From NCBI RefSeq assembly GCF_018350175.1, contig NC_058368.1:192326001-192390000 (forward strand): DNA of 64,000 nt. The letters run 5' to 3'. The DNA is from Felis catus. Lineage: Eukaryota. Of the stretch, positions 13,095 to 26,842 are shown one piece after another; position 1 is the first letter of the stretch, and every line of letters starts with the position of its first letter. A program made the position numbers and the translations under genes. The notes below the pieces were generated by a model, which did no database searches, was not told the DNA's origin, and saw only the letters and a program-made list of their open reading frames with translations.

Positions 13095-13256
13095 CTATGA
13101 AATGAAAGCCATTTGACGTTGTCACAGAGAACCACCCCTGATGTCATAAGCAGCTCTGCAAAGTGCAATGTGTCAATCCCCTCCTCCTCGTGCTTCTGAA
13201 ATTGTAGTCCTGAGTTAGCAAGGAGATCTATGGAATCCTGGGAGTACATGTCCTCT
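13095..13256 (-). CDS. CNOT8: CNOT8 coding exon 3
   Basis: EDMYSQDSIDLLANSGLQFQKHEEEGIDTLHFAELLMTSGVVLCDNVKWLSFH; AG/GT boundaries, phase 2 at both ends. Confidence 0.97.
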
Positions 13257-14289
13257 CTAAAAAAGAAGGTATTCACTTCTTAGTGGTGGATAATCTAACA
13301 GAAGTAGTGGGCAGCAATGTTAACACCCCCTTAAAATTAACATCTTATAATTACAGAACAGGTATCCTTGAAAGGCTTTCATAATTTAAGAACAGATCAA
13401 TTCATTCTTTCCAATATTCCAACAAGCATGCAAAGTAGATAATCTTATCTCTGCGGCAGATGGAAAAGTGAGATTTGTCCCCACAAAATAAATTTCTTAA
13501 ATACAAAACATCCACATTTCTCACTGTTTAAAGAAAAACAGAATCAACCAATACAAAAACATTTAAAATAGAATACTCTTAAAAATGTTCTTATAATACC
13601 ACCTCACAGAAATAACTGTTAACTCATTTTATATAGCCTTCAGACTATATTTTCTCCATGTACACAACAACCTCCATCTCTACACCTACATAGCACAGAC
13701 CATCTTTCCAGACCACTATTGATAAATACACATCCTTTGCAACTCTGGCATAATACTCCACTGCAAAGATACATCCATCAATTTAAACACAGGAATATTT
13801 ATAATACCACCTATCACAAAAGTAGGGGGAAAAAGACATCATTTTCTGATGGATCCTTCCATTACGTTAACTTCTTTTCCACTAGATTTCACTATTTTTT
13901 TTTTCCTTTCATTTGTTTTTCACATAAACTTAAAAGACAACTAGGGAATTTTTTATTTTCCTTTGTGTATTAATTACCATTAAGGTATAAATAACAGGCT
14001 TTGACAACGGACTAAAAAAAAAAAAAAAAAAGAATTAACGGAAAAAGGAAAGGAAGTTAAAGGAAAAATCCAGATCGTCTCCCCAAATTATTCCTGGACC
14101 TCAAAGAAATCTCCAAAGTACATGAACAATCAAAAAATTATTCCTGAGCTACCAAATGCTCCTGGGTGCCCAGTTAAAGAATGCAGTATTCAAGAACTGT
14201 GGTCCAGTAAGAAATACACTAAAACCACCTCATACAATCAGCAAAATGATAGTCTCCCCTAATTTTTCCCCATAAAAAATTATATCATC

Positions 14290-14840
14290 CTCAAAAACTT
14301 AAAAACAGAACTACCAAACGATCTAGCAATCCCACTTCTGGGTATATATCCAAAAGAACTAGAAGCAGGGTCATGAAGATTATCTGCACATCCATGTTCA
14401 TAGCAGCAATACTGAAAAAGTCAAGAGGTGGAAACAATTGAATGTCCATCAGTGGATGAACAGGTAAACAAATGTGGTCTAAACATACAACGGAATGTTA
14501 TTCAGTCTTAAAAACAAAGGAAATTCTGACATGCCACAACATGGATGAACCTTAAGGATATTATGTTAAGTGAAATAAGCCAGTCACAAAAAGACAAATA
14601 CTGGGTGATTCCATTTATATGAGGTATCTAAAATAGTCAAATAGACAGAAACAGAAAGTAGTACGGTAGTTACCAAGAGCTGGAGAAAAAAAAGAAAAAG
14701 GAGAGCTGTTTAGTGGGTAGTGTCAGATTTGCGAGAGAGTTCTGGAGTTCTGTTTCACAACAATGCAAACTTACTTAACACTACTGAACTGCAAACTTAA
14801 AAATGGTTACGATGGCAAATTTTATGTTATGTATTTTTTT
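14290..14840 (+). mobile_element. old L1 3' fragment
   Basis: agcaatcccacttctgggtatatatccaaaaga; acatggatgaacctt; agtgaaataagccagtcacaaaa. Confidence 0.85.
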
Positions 14841-15069
14841 ACCCACGTTTCTAAAACATCAAAATTTGCCCACTATCAGGCTTCAGTTTCACCTACTCTT
14901 GATTAGCATCTACTCTATAGCTTATTTCTTCTGTTATGAAACATAGTAATCTTATTTTACAGATAAAAAAACTGAATTACAGAAGATAAAATGAACTCCA
15001 AACCACCCAGCTAAAAAATGGCAGAAATGCAATTCAAACACTGATCCCCTAACTGGGGAACTGACTTTA

Positions 15070-15950
15070 CTTTTTCACTTTAAACAGCTATAATTCACGT
15101 AACTAAACAATTCACTCATTTAAATATACAATTCAACAGTTTTCAATATTTTCAGAGTTGTGCAACCACCACCACAGGCCACTTCATCACCTCAAAAAGA
15201 AAACCCATACCTATTATGCAATCATTCCCCACTACCCCATAACATAACCCCCCTATACTCTAGACAACCACTAACCTATTCTGACTCTACAGATTTGCCT
15301 ATTTTGAACATTTCATATAAACAAAATCATACGATACGTGGTCTTTTGTGTCTGGCTTTTTTCCCTTAGCATAATGTTTTCAAAGCACATCAATATACAA
15401 CATGTATTAGTACTTCTTTCTTTTACTGTCCAATAAGCCGCTGCCTGGATATACCACATTTATTGTATCCATTCATCAGTTCACAGACATCTGGATAGTT
15501 TCCACTTTAGGGCCTTTACAAATAATGCTGTAATGAACATTCACCACATACAAGTTTTTGTATGGATGTGTGTTTCCATTTCTCTGAGGTATATGCCTAG
15601 AAAAGAAATTACTGGGACATATGGTAACTCTCTGTTTAACCTTTTGAGAAACTGCCTATTTTCCAAAGAGGCTGCACCATTTTACTTTCCCAATAGCAAT
15701 GTATGAGGATTCTAATTCCTCTAGACCCTTGCCAACATTTGTTCTTGTGTCTTTCTCATTATAGCCACCCAGTGGGTGGCTCACTGTGGTTTTGATTTAC
15801 ATTTATTTCCCTCATGACTAGTGGTGGTGACCATCTTTTCATGGGTTTATTAGCCATATCTATATCTTCTTTGGAGAAATTTCTAGTCAGATCTGATGCC
15901 CATTTTTAATTGAGTTGTCTTTTTATTGTTGACCTGTAAGTGTTCTTTAA
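15070..15950 (-). mobile_element. old L1 3' fragment, antisense
   Basis: atccattcatcagt; ttccaaagaggctgcaccatttta; cttctttggagaaat. Confidence 0.85.
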
Positions 15951-16121
15951 GAGGGACTTTACTTTCTGAGATTCCTTATTCCATTCTCTGTTTGGCTGCT
16001 GTGTCCAATCCTTACCTGGTTTCAATAGAAAGAAAACTTTAAATTAATAAAATCAGTTAGAGATCACAGTCTGTACAAATGTAGCAGATCTAAGAATAAC
16101 ACTGAGAAGTGTCTCACTTAC

Positions 16122-16315
16122 GTAAGATTAAATTTGAAGTTGAACTGCCAAGTGTTGATTCCAGAAGGATATTCTCCCTTTTCATTTGTGAATGTAAGGC
16201 CCAGCTGGATAATTTTTAGAAGGTCAACATTGCACCGTAAAAGCTGATACTGGTAATCTATGGAACTACGAAATTCACCAATTGGTCGCACCACAACACC
16301 TGGAAATTCTGTGTC
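16122..16315 (-). CDS. CNOT8: CNOT8 coding exon 2 (D40, E42)
   Basis: [64 protein letters not shown]; gtaagt donor; absent from ORF track, read by hand. Confidence 0.97.
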
Positions 16316-16464
16316 CTAGAAAAGGAAAAGGTCTGTCATCATTAGGTTTCACAAAACAGTGGATGCTGAATTTATCATTCATAAAAATTTTATCTCAATT
16401 TATAAAAGTTATATGACAAGCCCAAGCTTGGGCACAAAAACCTATCTTAAAATAATTGATTTTG

Positions 16465-16885
16465 GGGGGCGCCCTGGTAGCTTAGTCGATTGAGCATCCG
16501 ACTTCAGCTCAGGTCGTGATCCCACGGTTTTGTGGGTTCAAACCCTGCATTGGGCTCTATCCTGACAGCTCAGAGCCTGGAGCCTGCTTTGGATCGTATG
16601 CCTTCCTCTCTCTCTGCCCCTCCCTCACTCCTGCTCTGTCTCTATCTCAAAAATAAATAAACATTAAAAAAATTATTTAAAGAAATGTATGATTTTGGGG
16701 CACCTGGCTGGCTTAGTCAACTCAGCATCCAACTTCGGCTCAGGTCATGATCTCACAGTTCATGAGTTCGAGCCTCACGTCGGGCTCTCTGCTGTCAGCA
16801 CTGACTCCACTTAAAATCCTCTGTGCCCCTCTCTGCGCTTCCCCCACTCGCTCTCTTTCTCTCAAAAATAAATAAATATTTTTAA
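16465..16885 (+). mobile_element. two tandem Can-SINEs
   Basis: heads at ~16465 and ~16697, each with CT tract and aataaa tail. Confidence 0.88.
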
Positions 16886-17697
16886 AAATTAAATATTGAT
16901 TTCATTGATATCTACAGAAGGAGCACTAGAATCATGAAGCTTTGTGCAGCAACTTAGAGAAGATCCTAGGCAGGATGTAAGAGCGGCTGACTAACTATAG
17001 ATCAATTAAGGACATGCTAGGTTCGTATACAGTGAATTAAAAAAAGTCTAGATTAAGAACAAAGTATGAACAAAAATACAAACATGGGGAAGTGAAACAG
17101 TAATTTAAAAAAACAACTGCTATACTTACCTTGAGTAAAAAGCCTGGAACAAGACCACAGAGAATTTTAAATACACGGCTAAAGACATAATGCTTATGAG
17201 TAATGGGGACTGGAGCACAGAAGGTACATCCTCCTCTAGAAGAGGCTGTTGGTATCACCATGACACACATCTGCCTCTCCAGCCACTCACCACCAGGCAA
17301 GAATGCGAATCCCATGCCAGATCTTCCCAGTGTTTTCCAGAGATACCAGAAATCTGGGCTTTAAGAGAGGTCTCTCTATATTTAAATGCTGATAACTAAT
17401 TTTTAAAAAAACACTGTCAAATTCACCGCATCTGTGGTATAGATGTGCCCTACTGGCTAACACAACTTTTGCCTTAAACACTTGTCAATACAGAGTAACA
17501 TTACAAAAAGTCTAAGATACTAGAGGTTACATCCTTCTCAGACCCACTAGCTACCTTGAGGTTTCATAAAAGCTTCACAACCTTCCACCAAGTTTAATTT
17601 ACCATGGCTTTGGTGGAAGTCTTTCCTTCAAAATCTCACACTGAGTATTCCCTAAGTCCGCAGCAGAAGGTGAGTTAGAAAGAGTGGAGCTCTTTAC

Positions 17698-17814
17698 CAT
17701 GGCAATATAACTATAGCTGAGCACAATTTCTCGGATCTTCCTCATCTCTTCTTCTAGATTGCTGGCCCAGACTTCACAGATAACCTGGCTGTTCTCCACA
17801 AGTGCTGCAGGCAT
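17698..17814 (-). CDS. CNOT8: CNOT8 first coding exon (CAF1/POP2 family DEDD deadenylase, CCR4-NOT subunit 8)
   Basis: MPAALVENSQVICEVWASNLEEEMRKIREIVLSYSYIAM; six exons total 879 nt = 292 aa + stop; the exon probably extends as 5'UTR to an acceptor near 17881. Confidence 0.97.
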
Positions 17815-18052
17815 CTTGAAGAAACTTGAGCAGTCACTTTCAGCTGACTTTATTAGAGGGCAAGCCAATGGTTGATCTGATCTAGATTCAAAAACATATT
17901 TTGAAATCACATAAATGTACACACTGGCAAGATGCCAACAAAACAAAGGTATCAAAAAAATCACTTCATCAGTTTAATAAGCTAAAACATTAAGATAGTT
18001 ATATTTGTATTTATTCCCCATTTATTATGACGGGGAAACCTATCTTGGTCAA

Positions 18053-18053
<1 letters not shown>

Positions 18054-18093
<40 letters not shown>
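18054..18093. repeat. (CA)n microsatellite
   Basis: read directly. Confidence 0.95.
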
Positions 18094-18096
<3 letters not shown>

Positions 18097-18140
18097 TTTA
18101 ACCTGAAGAAACTAAAATTACTTAAGAAATCTGAAGAAAC

Positions 18141-19448
18141 TGGGGTGCCTAGCTGGCTCAGTCAGTGGAGCATGTGACTCTTGATCTCAGGGTTGTACAG
18201 TTGAGATGCATGTTGGGTATAGCAATTACTTAAAAATAAAATAAAAGAAAGAGAGGGAGGGAGGGAGAGAGACAGACAGACAGAAACAAACCTGAAGAAA
18301 CTTTTGCCCAAGCTGCCCTTTAGCACAGAAGTGAAACCACCACCCTAAATCAGTTTTTGAGCCCTTTCCAGACTACCTAAACACTAAAATAGCCTCCAAT
18401 GACCACAAATACTCCCTTATCTGTAACTTTCACAACACTTGCAGAGACCAAATCATGGAAACATTTTTAAAAGAATGTCTTTAGCTAGTTTACATGTACC
18501 TGGATCTCTGAAAGCCTGAAAGAATGTACATCTAAGTCTTAGTGACTCCTCCCTCCACCCCCTAAAAAAGGAGAAATTCCTTTTCTCCACCATCAAAAAG
18601 TCACATATAACTAGAGGCAATTAACTAACGTAACACAGTGCCTCTTTACATTTGTGCAAATAGATCATGAAGTGAGGGATTTTAGATTGTAAAAACCAAC
18701 ACCACTAAATGAATCTTTAACCACCACAATGAAAATCAGAATTGGAGTTATTAAAGTCTACTTTTAAACACATAATAATATAAAGAAACTAAGCAATTCA
18801 ACAATAGGAGTAGAGAAGATGGCAAGTATGTAATTTTTTTAAATGTTAATTTACTTTTCAGATAAGAGACAAGAACACAGGTGGGGAAGGGGGCAGAGAG
18901 AGAGGGAGACACAGAATCTGAAGCAGGCTTCCAGGCTCTGAGCTGTTAGCACAGAGCCCGATGGGGGACTCAAACTCACAAAATGTGAGATCATGACCTG
19001 AGCTAAAGTCTGACACTTAACCAACTGAGCCACCCAGGTGCCTCGAGAAGATGGCAAGTATAAATAATTCAACAGGAAAAGATAATGATTTACAATGTAT
19101 ATTCTGGGAGGAAACTAGGGGGAAACAGTAGTCTACAAAATGAAACTCAGTATAGTTCAGCTTCAGAGTAATGCTATTATTGTAGCAATGAGATGCTTGA
19201 TCATAAAATGACCAAAAGGAGCTTATCATAATGGCGTTTAAAAAGGCAACCCCCAAAGCGCCTGGCAGCTCAGTCAGTTAAGTGTCTGACTCCTGATTTT
19301 CAGCTCAAGTCATGATCTCACAGTTCATGAGATTGAGCCCCACATAGGGCTCTCTGCTGACCCCGCAGAGCCTGCTTGGGATTCTCTCTCTCTCCCTTTC
19401 TCCCCTGCTCATGCTCTTTCTCAAAATAAATAAATAAACTTTAAAAAA
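18141..19448. mobile_element. three Can-SINEs (~18141-18245 +, ~18835-19042 -, ~19258-19448 +)
   Basis: SINE head/tail motifs in each. Confidence 0.85.
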
Positions 19449-21282
19449 TTAAAAAGGCAACCCCACCACAGGGAATACTCAATACAATGTAAGAGTGGAC
19501 TCCAGTATATACACATATTCAGAGGAAAATTCCGAGAAACAGTAAAATGAAATCTTTCCTTCCTACTTTCCTGACAGGTAGATGCAACCATAAGAATGCG
19601 GATCAAAACAAAACTGTCATTCTCAAACGTCATCATTTCTCCGAGAAAGTTCTGGGAAACCTGTTGGTCTGTCAGCAACCCTGAAAGATTCCATTTATTC
19701 AAGGTATCCTACACTTCAACAGATGTTTCTCTGAAATTGTAACAGACTTACTGTAATTACTCTAAAACTTAAGTAGACTGTGGTATATTCCTAACAAATA
19801 TGGGTGGACACTTGTTAAAGGCAGAATCCATTTCTTCTCATTTCCGTTCTGTACACAATGGTATGAATTAAAGACTTGCAGATGAACATATAAAGAACAT
19901 CCAAAAAGGGGTGAAGTCCAAACTGAGTGTGGAGTAAATTCCACTATATGACCATAATTAAGAGAATGCAAGGACTCTGATTCAATTCTACGTTGTGTTT
20001 AAGGTTTTCTCCTGCAAGATGGCACAAAGCCATTTTTATGCCCATTAATGTTAAATCAGTACCACTTCACTTCCTTATTTTCCTAACTGAAACAATGCAC
20101 TTCCTTTCTGGTGTCATTTCAGAGATTGGGCACATTCAGGGTGGTATGGCCGTAGACTGGTATCGATTCAAACACAACCATAAACTATTGCAGGGGAAGT
20201 GGGTATGACTATGAATACGTTTCTCTAAGAGTGAAGCAGCAAAAGGGACCCAAGCAAAAATATGCCTTTGGCCTCCAAACAGAAAAGAGCAGACTTAAAA
20301 AGAAGACAATTAAGTATTTACACTAAACCCTTAGAACCAGGCTCCCCAGCTAAGAAGCTCTTAAGGGTGTGTCAAAAAAAAAAACAAAAAACAAAAAACA
20401 AAAAAACAAAAAAAACTCAGGAAATAATCTGAAGAGGCTCCCTCTGGTCAAAGAAAAGATAATATAAACACCATTATGAATAGTCAGTACAATGTATTCA
20501 GACTTCTCCGACAATTCACTATGAACTCATGGATTTAAACCTAAGAAAATAAACCTCACTGGTCACCACTAGAGAATGCTAGTAAATCAATCTATTTTTT
20601 AAAATACGTGTCTTGTCTTTCCTACGTAAACTGTACTAAGTAACTTAAGAGGTGAGGGAAAGTTTCTTTTAATAGAAATTATAAAGCTAAGAAATACGGA
20701 CTGAGAGAATCTCACTGTTCTGTAACTCCCAAAGAATTCATAGATCTGGGCAATATCAAAATGGCATCTATATGGAATACCCAGAAAAGGCAAATCTATA
20801 AAGGCAGAAAGTAGACTACAACAGTGGGATGGGAATGGGGATTAATTGTAAATGGCATGAGGTATGCTATTGAGGTGACAGAAATGTTACCAAACTCCAC
20901 TATCTGATGACTGCACAGCTCCATATATTTAGTAAAAATCACTGAACTCTACATTAAAATGGGTAAGTTTTATAGTATGAATTACACATCAATAAAGTTG
21001 TTAAAATATCACAATGGCTGTAATTACTATAAAAAGAGACAACCACATACCATTGCCTCCTGACAGAATACATCACCACTATGAATAAGTCTTGCCAAAA
21101 AAAAATCTAACTTGAATCTGACCAAACCTCTAGACCAATTTACAGGAAACAAAGAGGACAGAGGAACATGTTAAATGACACCACAGAAAGGCAATCAGCA
21201 AAATCCAGAAACTACTGTGGGAATCTACAGAATAACCCAGATTTTTCAACAAATTGCAAGTACTAAAAGTAAAAGACTCTAC

Positions 21283-21736
21283 TGGGTGTCTGGGTGGCTC
21301 GGTCGGTTAAGCGCCCAAATCGGGTTTGGGCTCAGGTCATGATCTCATGGTTCGTGAGTTCAAGCCCCACATCGGGTTCTGCACTAGTAGTGTGGAGCCT
21401 GCTTCGGACTCTCTCTCTCTCTGCCTCTCCCCTGCTCATGCTCTCCCTCTAACTAACTAACTAAATAAATAAATAAATAAATACACACAAAAAAAATTTT
21501 TTTTTTAATTTTTTTTTCAACGTTTATTTATTTTTGGGACAGAGAGAGACAGAGCACGAATGGGGGAGGGGCAGAGAGAGAGGGAGACACAGAATCGGAA
21601 ACAGGCTCCAGGCTCTGAGCCATCAGCCCAGAGCCTGATGCGGGGCTCGAACTCCCAGACCGCGAGATCGTGACGTGGCTGAAGTCGGACGCTTAACCGA
21701 CTGCGCCACCCAGGCGTCCCAAAAAAAATTTTTTTA
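21283..21736. mobile_element. nested opposite-orientation Can-SINEs: young SINEC_Fc-type (-, ~21497-21720) inside the tail of an older SINE (+)
   Basis: outer TSD aaaagtaaaagactc at 21265-21279 and 21737-21751; inner repeat caaaaaaaatttttt at 21488 and 21720. Confidence 0.9.
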
Positions 21737-23899
21737 AAAAGTAAAAGACTCAAGAGACGTATCAGCCCATCAAAATCTACAGACCTTAATTAGGTCCCGC
21801 TTTAAACAAACTATTAGAAATCTTTTTAAACTGACATTTTTAAGACAAAAGTCTGAATAATGGCTGGTTTTGGTTTTGTTTAGGGGGGTTGCTTTTTTTT
21901 TTTGGTGTTATATTGTCACGTTTTTGTTTTTTTTTTTTAAAGAGTCCTCATCTTTTAGAGATAATGCAAAACAGAGTACAGGTGATACAAAATGTGGGAT
22001 TTTGCTTCAAAGTTAACAGTGGACAAACCTCACAACAACTTTGTACAGTGGTGTCTTCACTACATTTTGCAGATAAAACAGACATTTAGACACATTAAAT
22101 TTAAAAAGCACTATCATGACTTCCATTTCCAAGAAAAATTTTTTAAAAAGCTAAGCCACTTTCAAAAAGCTAACCATTGCTATATATATCTGATAAATGG
22201 GGAACATAAGTGCAGACCACTGGCAAAAATACCTAAGATGAGTTCTCACACCAAACCCTTATCTAGGAAAATTGTGGGGGAATAGCTTGCAAACCCCAAA
22301 ATGTAATGCCACTCGAAAGCTGAAAAGGAATCACCTTATGCACATTTAGCTTAGCATAGATTACTGGTTATGCTAGCCAAAGAAGAGAAATAATGATACT
22401 GAATGATGCCAGCAATTTTGCCTGCTACTTTCCACTCAGCGAGCACATGCTCCAGAAGAAGCCTAAGACGGGAATCACAAACATACTGTTCTCCTTGGTT
22501 AGTCTTCCTCCTCTCTCAGTGCCTCTCCGTGCCAGCAGGGCATAGCACACCTCACAACGTGGAAGGACTCTATTCCATTCAAGTATGTTTATTGGTGCAA
22601 CACAGACCCTAAAGTTAGGCTAATTACTTTACCTGGGTTGCAACCAGAGAAACAGTAACAAGTTTAAAGGCTTAAGGAAAAACTCTGCTAGATTTACTGA
22701 GAAACGGAATGGCCCTGATGTACAACCTTGTACCTCCTAGGGAATTTTTAAGGATAATTCTGATCCCCATGCAGTTTCCCTCACAGGCTGACTTTAAAAC
22801 TTGAGTCTCCCGTGAGCTACTCCACTCTATATGAAAGCAAAATACAAACACTGATACCTGTTGGTTCCCAGCATTAGACTGTTCAAGAAGGAAAGGTCAG
22901 ATACAGGAATTACTGAGGTCCTTGCCCTATGCTGATCTGCAGTAAAATCTGTGAGCTCGCTCCTGCTGACCTATAGGATAAACTTCTCCAAAGCAAAGCT
23001 ATTTACCCAGACAAGCTCTAAAGAGCAACTACGAATAAAGCCACTGGCAAGCTTTCTCTGCAAGCAATCCAGAGACTTGCTTAGGAAAAGAATGTTTGGT
23101 TTTTCCAGTTTTGTTTTGTTTAAGCCTAAGTGTGCAAGGAGACCATAAACATCACTTCCTCAATTCTAGAGAACTGAACAAAGGCTTTACCGCACATGGA
23201 TAAGATGGAAAAGGAAGTGGGAGCAAGTTAGAAGAAATGGCAGCAGCTTGGAAGAGGGTCCTCTCCATACACGGCCCGCCGTCCTCCATCACCTCCGCCC
23301 CCAAAACAGTGTCCGAAGACAACTACCCTGGACTTAACCGCAGTTCAACCAGTTCTTAAAACCAACCATGTGGTCCAGGCCTCCAGAGCAATAGCTACGG
23401 CTCATAAACAGAATAGCAAAGAAAAGTTGTGGGGCCAAAAGAACCAAGAAGGCGGAGGCCCGCAAGGTTCCAAACTCAGGTCCTCTCCCTTACAGTCTCC
23501 CATCATCGTTCTCTTCCTGTTCTGGATCACCCTCCCTCCCCAAACAACACTCATCCCGCCCCTCCTCCTTCTACCCTCCCTCTTTTTTTTTTTTTTTTTT
23601 TCTTTTTTTAATGACACGCCTTCGGGCCAAAACGACCTGCGTTCGAACCCAGACCGACCAGCTGTGTGGCTTTGCATAAGCTACTTAACCTCTCTGGTGC
23701 CTCAGTTTTCCTATCTTGTAAAATGGGTTTAATAACATACACCTCGGAAGACTGCAGTAGATGTTAACAGAAAGCAAATAAGGTGTTTGATAAAGTCCTG
23801 GCAGAAACCACTAGAATATCATTATCGTGTGGTAGTGGTTGGTAATACTACCACTATTCGATGGCCCTCTTTCTCTTTTCACACCCCCTGCCCCTCACG

Positions 23900-25150
23900 C
23901 ACGCCCCAAAGCCCCTTCCTCCCACAGGTCCCCGATGGCCTCCCACACTCTTCCATCTCGCTCGTCTCTCTGGTGAGCGCGAGCCCGCTTACCCTGACGG
24001 CTGGGCCCGCGAAGCGCTGGCTTGCGGGCTGGCGGGCAGAGTCCCCCGGGAGCGGCGGCGGCGGCGGCCCCTGACCCGGCGCTCTCCTACTGCCCCGGAT
24101 CTGCTCCGGGAACCGAGCGAGCCAGTGAGATGGGCGCCCTCGTGCCCAGAGCGGCCTTACGCACTGCCCAAAGAAACCTGGGCGAACCACTCTACCCACT
24201 GGATCCTCCCGACTCGCCTGCTCCCTTAGCGTCCTCCAGACGGGCGCGCGCGCGCCTGCTCATGCCTGCTCCTCCCCTTCTGCGCGCCGCGGCGACTCTG
24301 CGTGTTCGTCCAACCCGTGAGCTCGCGGGGGCAGTGCGCAGGCGCAAAACCATGAGGGCTCTCCGAAAATGCGGGGCGGGGCGGCCTCGGCGGACGCCTG
24401 CGGAACACGACCCGTCCCAGGCCTTGGCGCGTTAGTTGCTCTGGCTCAATTCAATTTCGCAATACTACTCCTTTTTGGTTCTTCCGCGCGCCCAGGGGAG
24501 AGGCGTGGTCTAGAACTGGCCCCCGCTCGGGGTGGGCGTGGCCTAAACATCAAACCCGAGGAAGGGGCGTGGACCATCTGACCAAATCCCCGAATTGCAA
24601 CTCCCCCTCCGCCCTGCTTTGATAGACCGTTAAAATCGTTGGCAGGAGGCGACTTTGGGGGGAGGTTGATGGGGGTGGATCCTGATCCCTTCCGTCCGTA
24701 CTAATGCAGCCCCTTGGACCCCTCAGTTACGAAACATCTATCTCTAGGCTTCCTTTCTGGCAAACAATTAGTCGGGGGTGGGCAGCACCCCCAAACCCAG
24801 TCTCCGTGACGTCCGGCAAGGCCCGCCTCCCTCCTCCCCGCCTTACAGAGTCGGGAAAGCAGCGTTACCACAGCAACCGACCCGCCAGGGCCTGCTCGAA
24901 TTACAAAGAAGATGCGGCCTCCCGTGGGAGAACCGCGTCGCCCGGCGGTCCGAGGAGCTTGGAGGCGGCGGTCAGTAGGCAGGCTCTGCACGTTTTCCTT
25001 GAGAGAACACTGGGCCCGGGCCTGGCCTAGGAGCCTCCAAAGCCTCCACCCGCGCCCTGATCCTTTCTGGAGAGAGGGGGCTGTCTACCAACTGCTGTCC
25101 TTGGCATCATTTGAGCAGGCTCGGCTGCAGCGCTGCCTCGTTCTCCGGCC
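23900..25150. promoter_or_regulatory. CpG-island promoter of CNOT8 with NRF1-like site and GC boxes
   Basis: visibly dense CpG; TGCGCAGGCGCA at 24335-24346; GGGGCGGGGCGG at ~24373-24384; alternating (GC)n at ~24244-24255. Confidence 0.85.
23993..24150 (-). other. CNOT8: probable non-coding exon 1 of CNOT8 (5' boundary approximate)
   Basis: minus-strand donor AGG|GTAAGC at 23993/23992 at the edge of the CpG island; GGC-rich 5'UTR-like sequence. Confidence 0.65.
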
Positions 25151-26262
25151 CTGGGGAAGAAGACAAAGCACCGACTTCCTGCACACAGCTGTCAATTCCC
25201 AGCCGCCCTTCTAGCCTCTCCCGCAAGAGCTCCACCCAGTCCCCGAGACTGGCTAGTGCGGACGGCCCAAAGCAAGGCTCTAGCCACAACCCTAGGAGCC
25301 TTCCCTTGAAGAAGGCTGTTGGCAAGTGGATAGCAAATTTACTCCCAAGCCACGGGGCCTTGCTGCTTTTAAACATTTCCTCCAACGGGGATTCTCCAGA
25401 ATCCTGCTTCCATTTCCGAGGCTGGGAGGCAGAGCAAGCCTTCAGCGGCAATTTCAAACCGAGTACCCAAAAGCTATTCTCCAGGGAGGTGAACTCCCAC
25501 CCCAAGTCCCCAGATCAGAGCATCAAGTGCACTTTCTGAACCCCACTCCTCATCTCCCCTCCAAATGAGGGTCTGTCTCATCTGTAACACAGGGCTGTAA
25601 CTATCTCATAAGGTTATTGCCGTATTAATAGAAGAAAAACACCTCACACTGAGGAAGACATGTAAGTCTATTGAATAAACTATTGTTTCTGGCGTGTCTG
25701 TTATCCCTGTGATATTCAGTGTTTGTTAGCTCTGGTGCAGGCTTAACAATCATTCCATTGAGCAATGCTGACATGGAGAAGGCAGGCAAAACACTCCACA
25801 CCCCACCCATCTTGTGGGTTTCTAATGTCCTTTCACCCACTTGCAACTACATTCAGGAGAGGACAGCCCTATCAGGAGCTAGTCACATGAAGAGCAGTCT
25901 CCGCAATCCTTTCTTAGACTTTTGGTTTGTTTGTTTGTTTTTTTTTTTTTTTTCCTGCAGCACTGGGCCTGGTGTGTACACTGAAACAATCAAACAGGAA
26001 ACACACTGTCTCCATCTCCAGAACCCCCACCCTCACCCAGAACTGGGTGTTCATTTCTCAGGTTATTGAAGAGAAATGAAAAACACAGATGGCTTGTAGT
26101 TCAGGCAGCATTGGGTATCTGTTGTAAACAGTGGAGCCTATGCTGTATTTATGGATTGCAAAATTAGAACAATTGTGTAAATCACTGATTCTCAATGGGA
26201 GGGAGGCCCCAAATGAATGAGAGGGTAGTTGGAGAAGAATATATCCAATAATATAATTTCCT

Positions 26263-26490
26263 GGGGCACCTGGGTGGCGCAGTCGGTTAAGCGTCCGACT
26301 TCAGCCAGGTCACAATCTCGCGGTCCATGAGTTCGAGCCCCGCGTCGGGCTCTGGGCTGATGGCTCAGAGCCTGGAGCCTGTTTCCGATTCTGTGTCTCC
26401 CTCTCTCTCTGCCCCTCACCCGTTCATGCTCTGTCTCTCTCTGTCCCAAAAATAAAATAAACGTTGAAAAAAAATTAAAAAAATAATAAT
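26263..26490 (+). mobile_element. young SINEC_Fc-type Can-SINE with 16-bp TSD
   Basis: CpG-intact body; aataatataatttcct at 26247-26262 and 26491-26506. Confidence 0.93.
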
Positions 26491-26603
26491 AATAATATAA
26501 TTTCCTATGTGAATAAAAAAAAAAACTTTTGTTTTTGGACCACAAACTATAGAAAGTAAGTAAGGCTTGAACAAATCTCAGCTAGGAGAGTATAGGTTAA
26601 ATA

Positions 26604-26842
26604 TTCCATTGCATATTTTTCCTTGCTTTGTCAAAGATTACTTGGCCATACGTTTGTGGGTCCATTTCTGGGTTCTGTATTCTGTTCCATTGATCTGAGT
26701 GTCTGTTCTTATGCCAGTACCATACTGTCTTGATGATTACACTTTTGTAGTATAGCTTGAAATCTGGGATTGTAATGCCTCCTGCTTTGGTTTTCTTTTT
26801 CAAGATTGCTTTGGCTACTCGGGGTCTTTTCTGGTTCCATAC
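26604..26842 (-). mobile_element. L1 ORF2 internal fragment fused 3' of the U6 copy
   Basis: translates ...[54 protein letters not shown]..., typical L1 ORF2p. Confidence 0.93.

Noticed and set aside
23787..25568. Many overlapping Pro/Arg/Gly-rich ORFs
   Set aside because: Expected stop-codon scarcity in a GC-rich CpG island.
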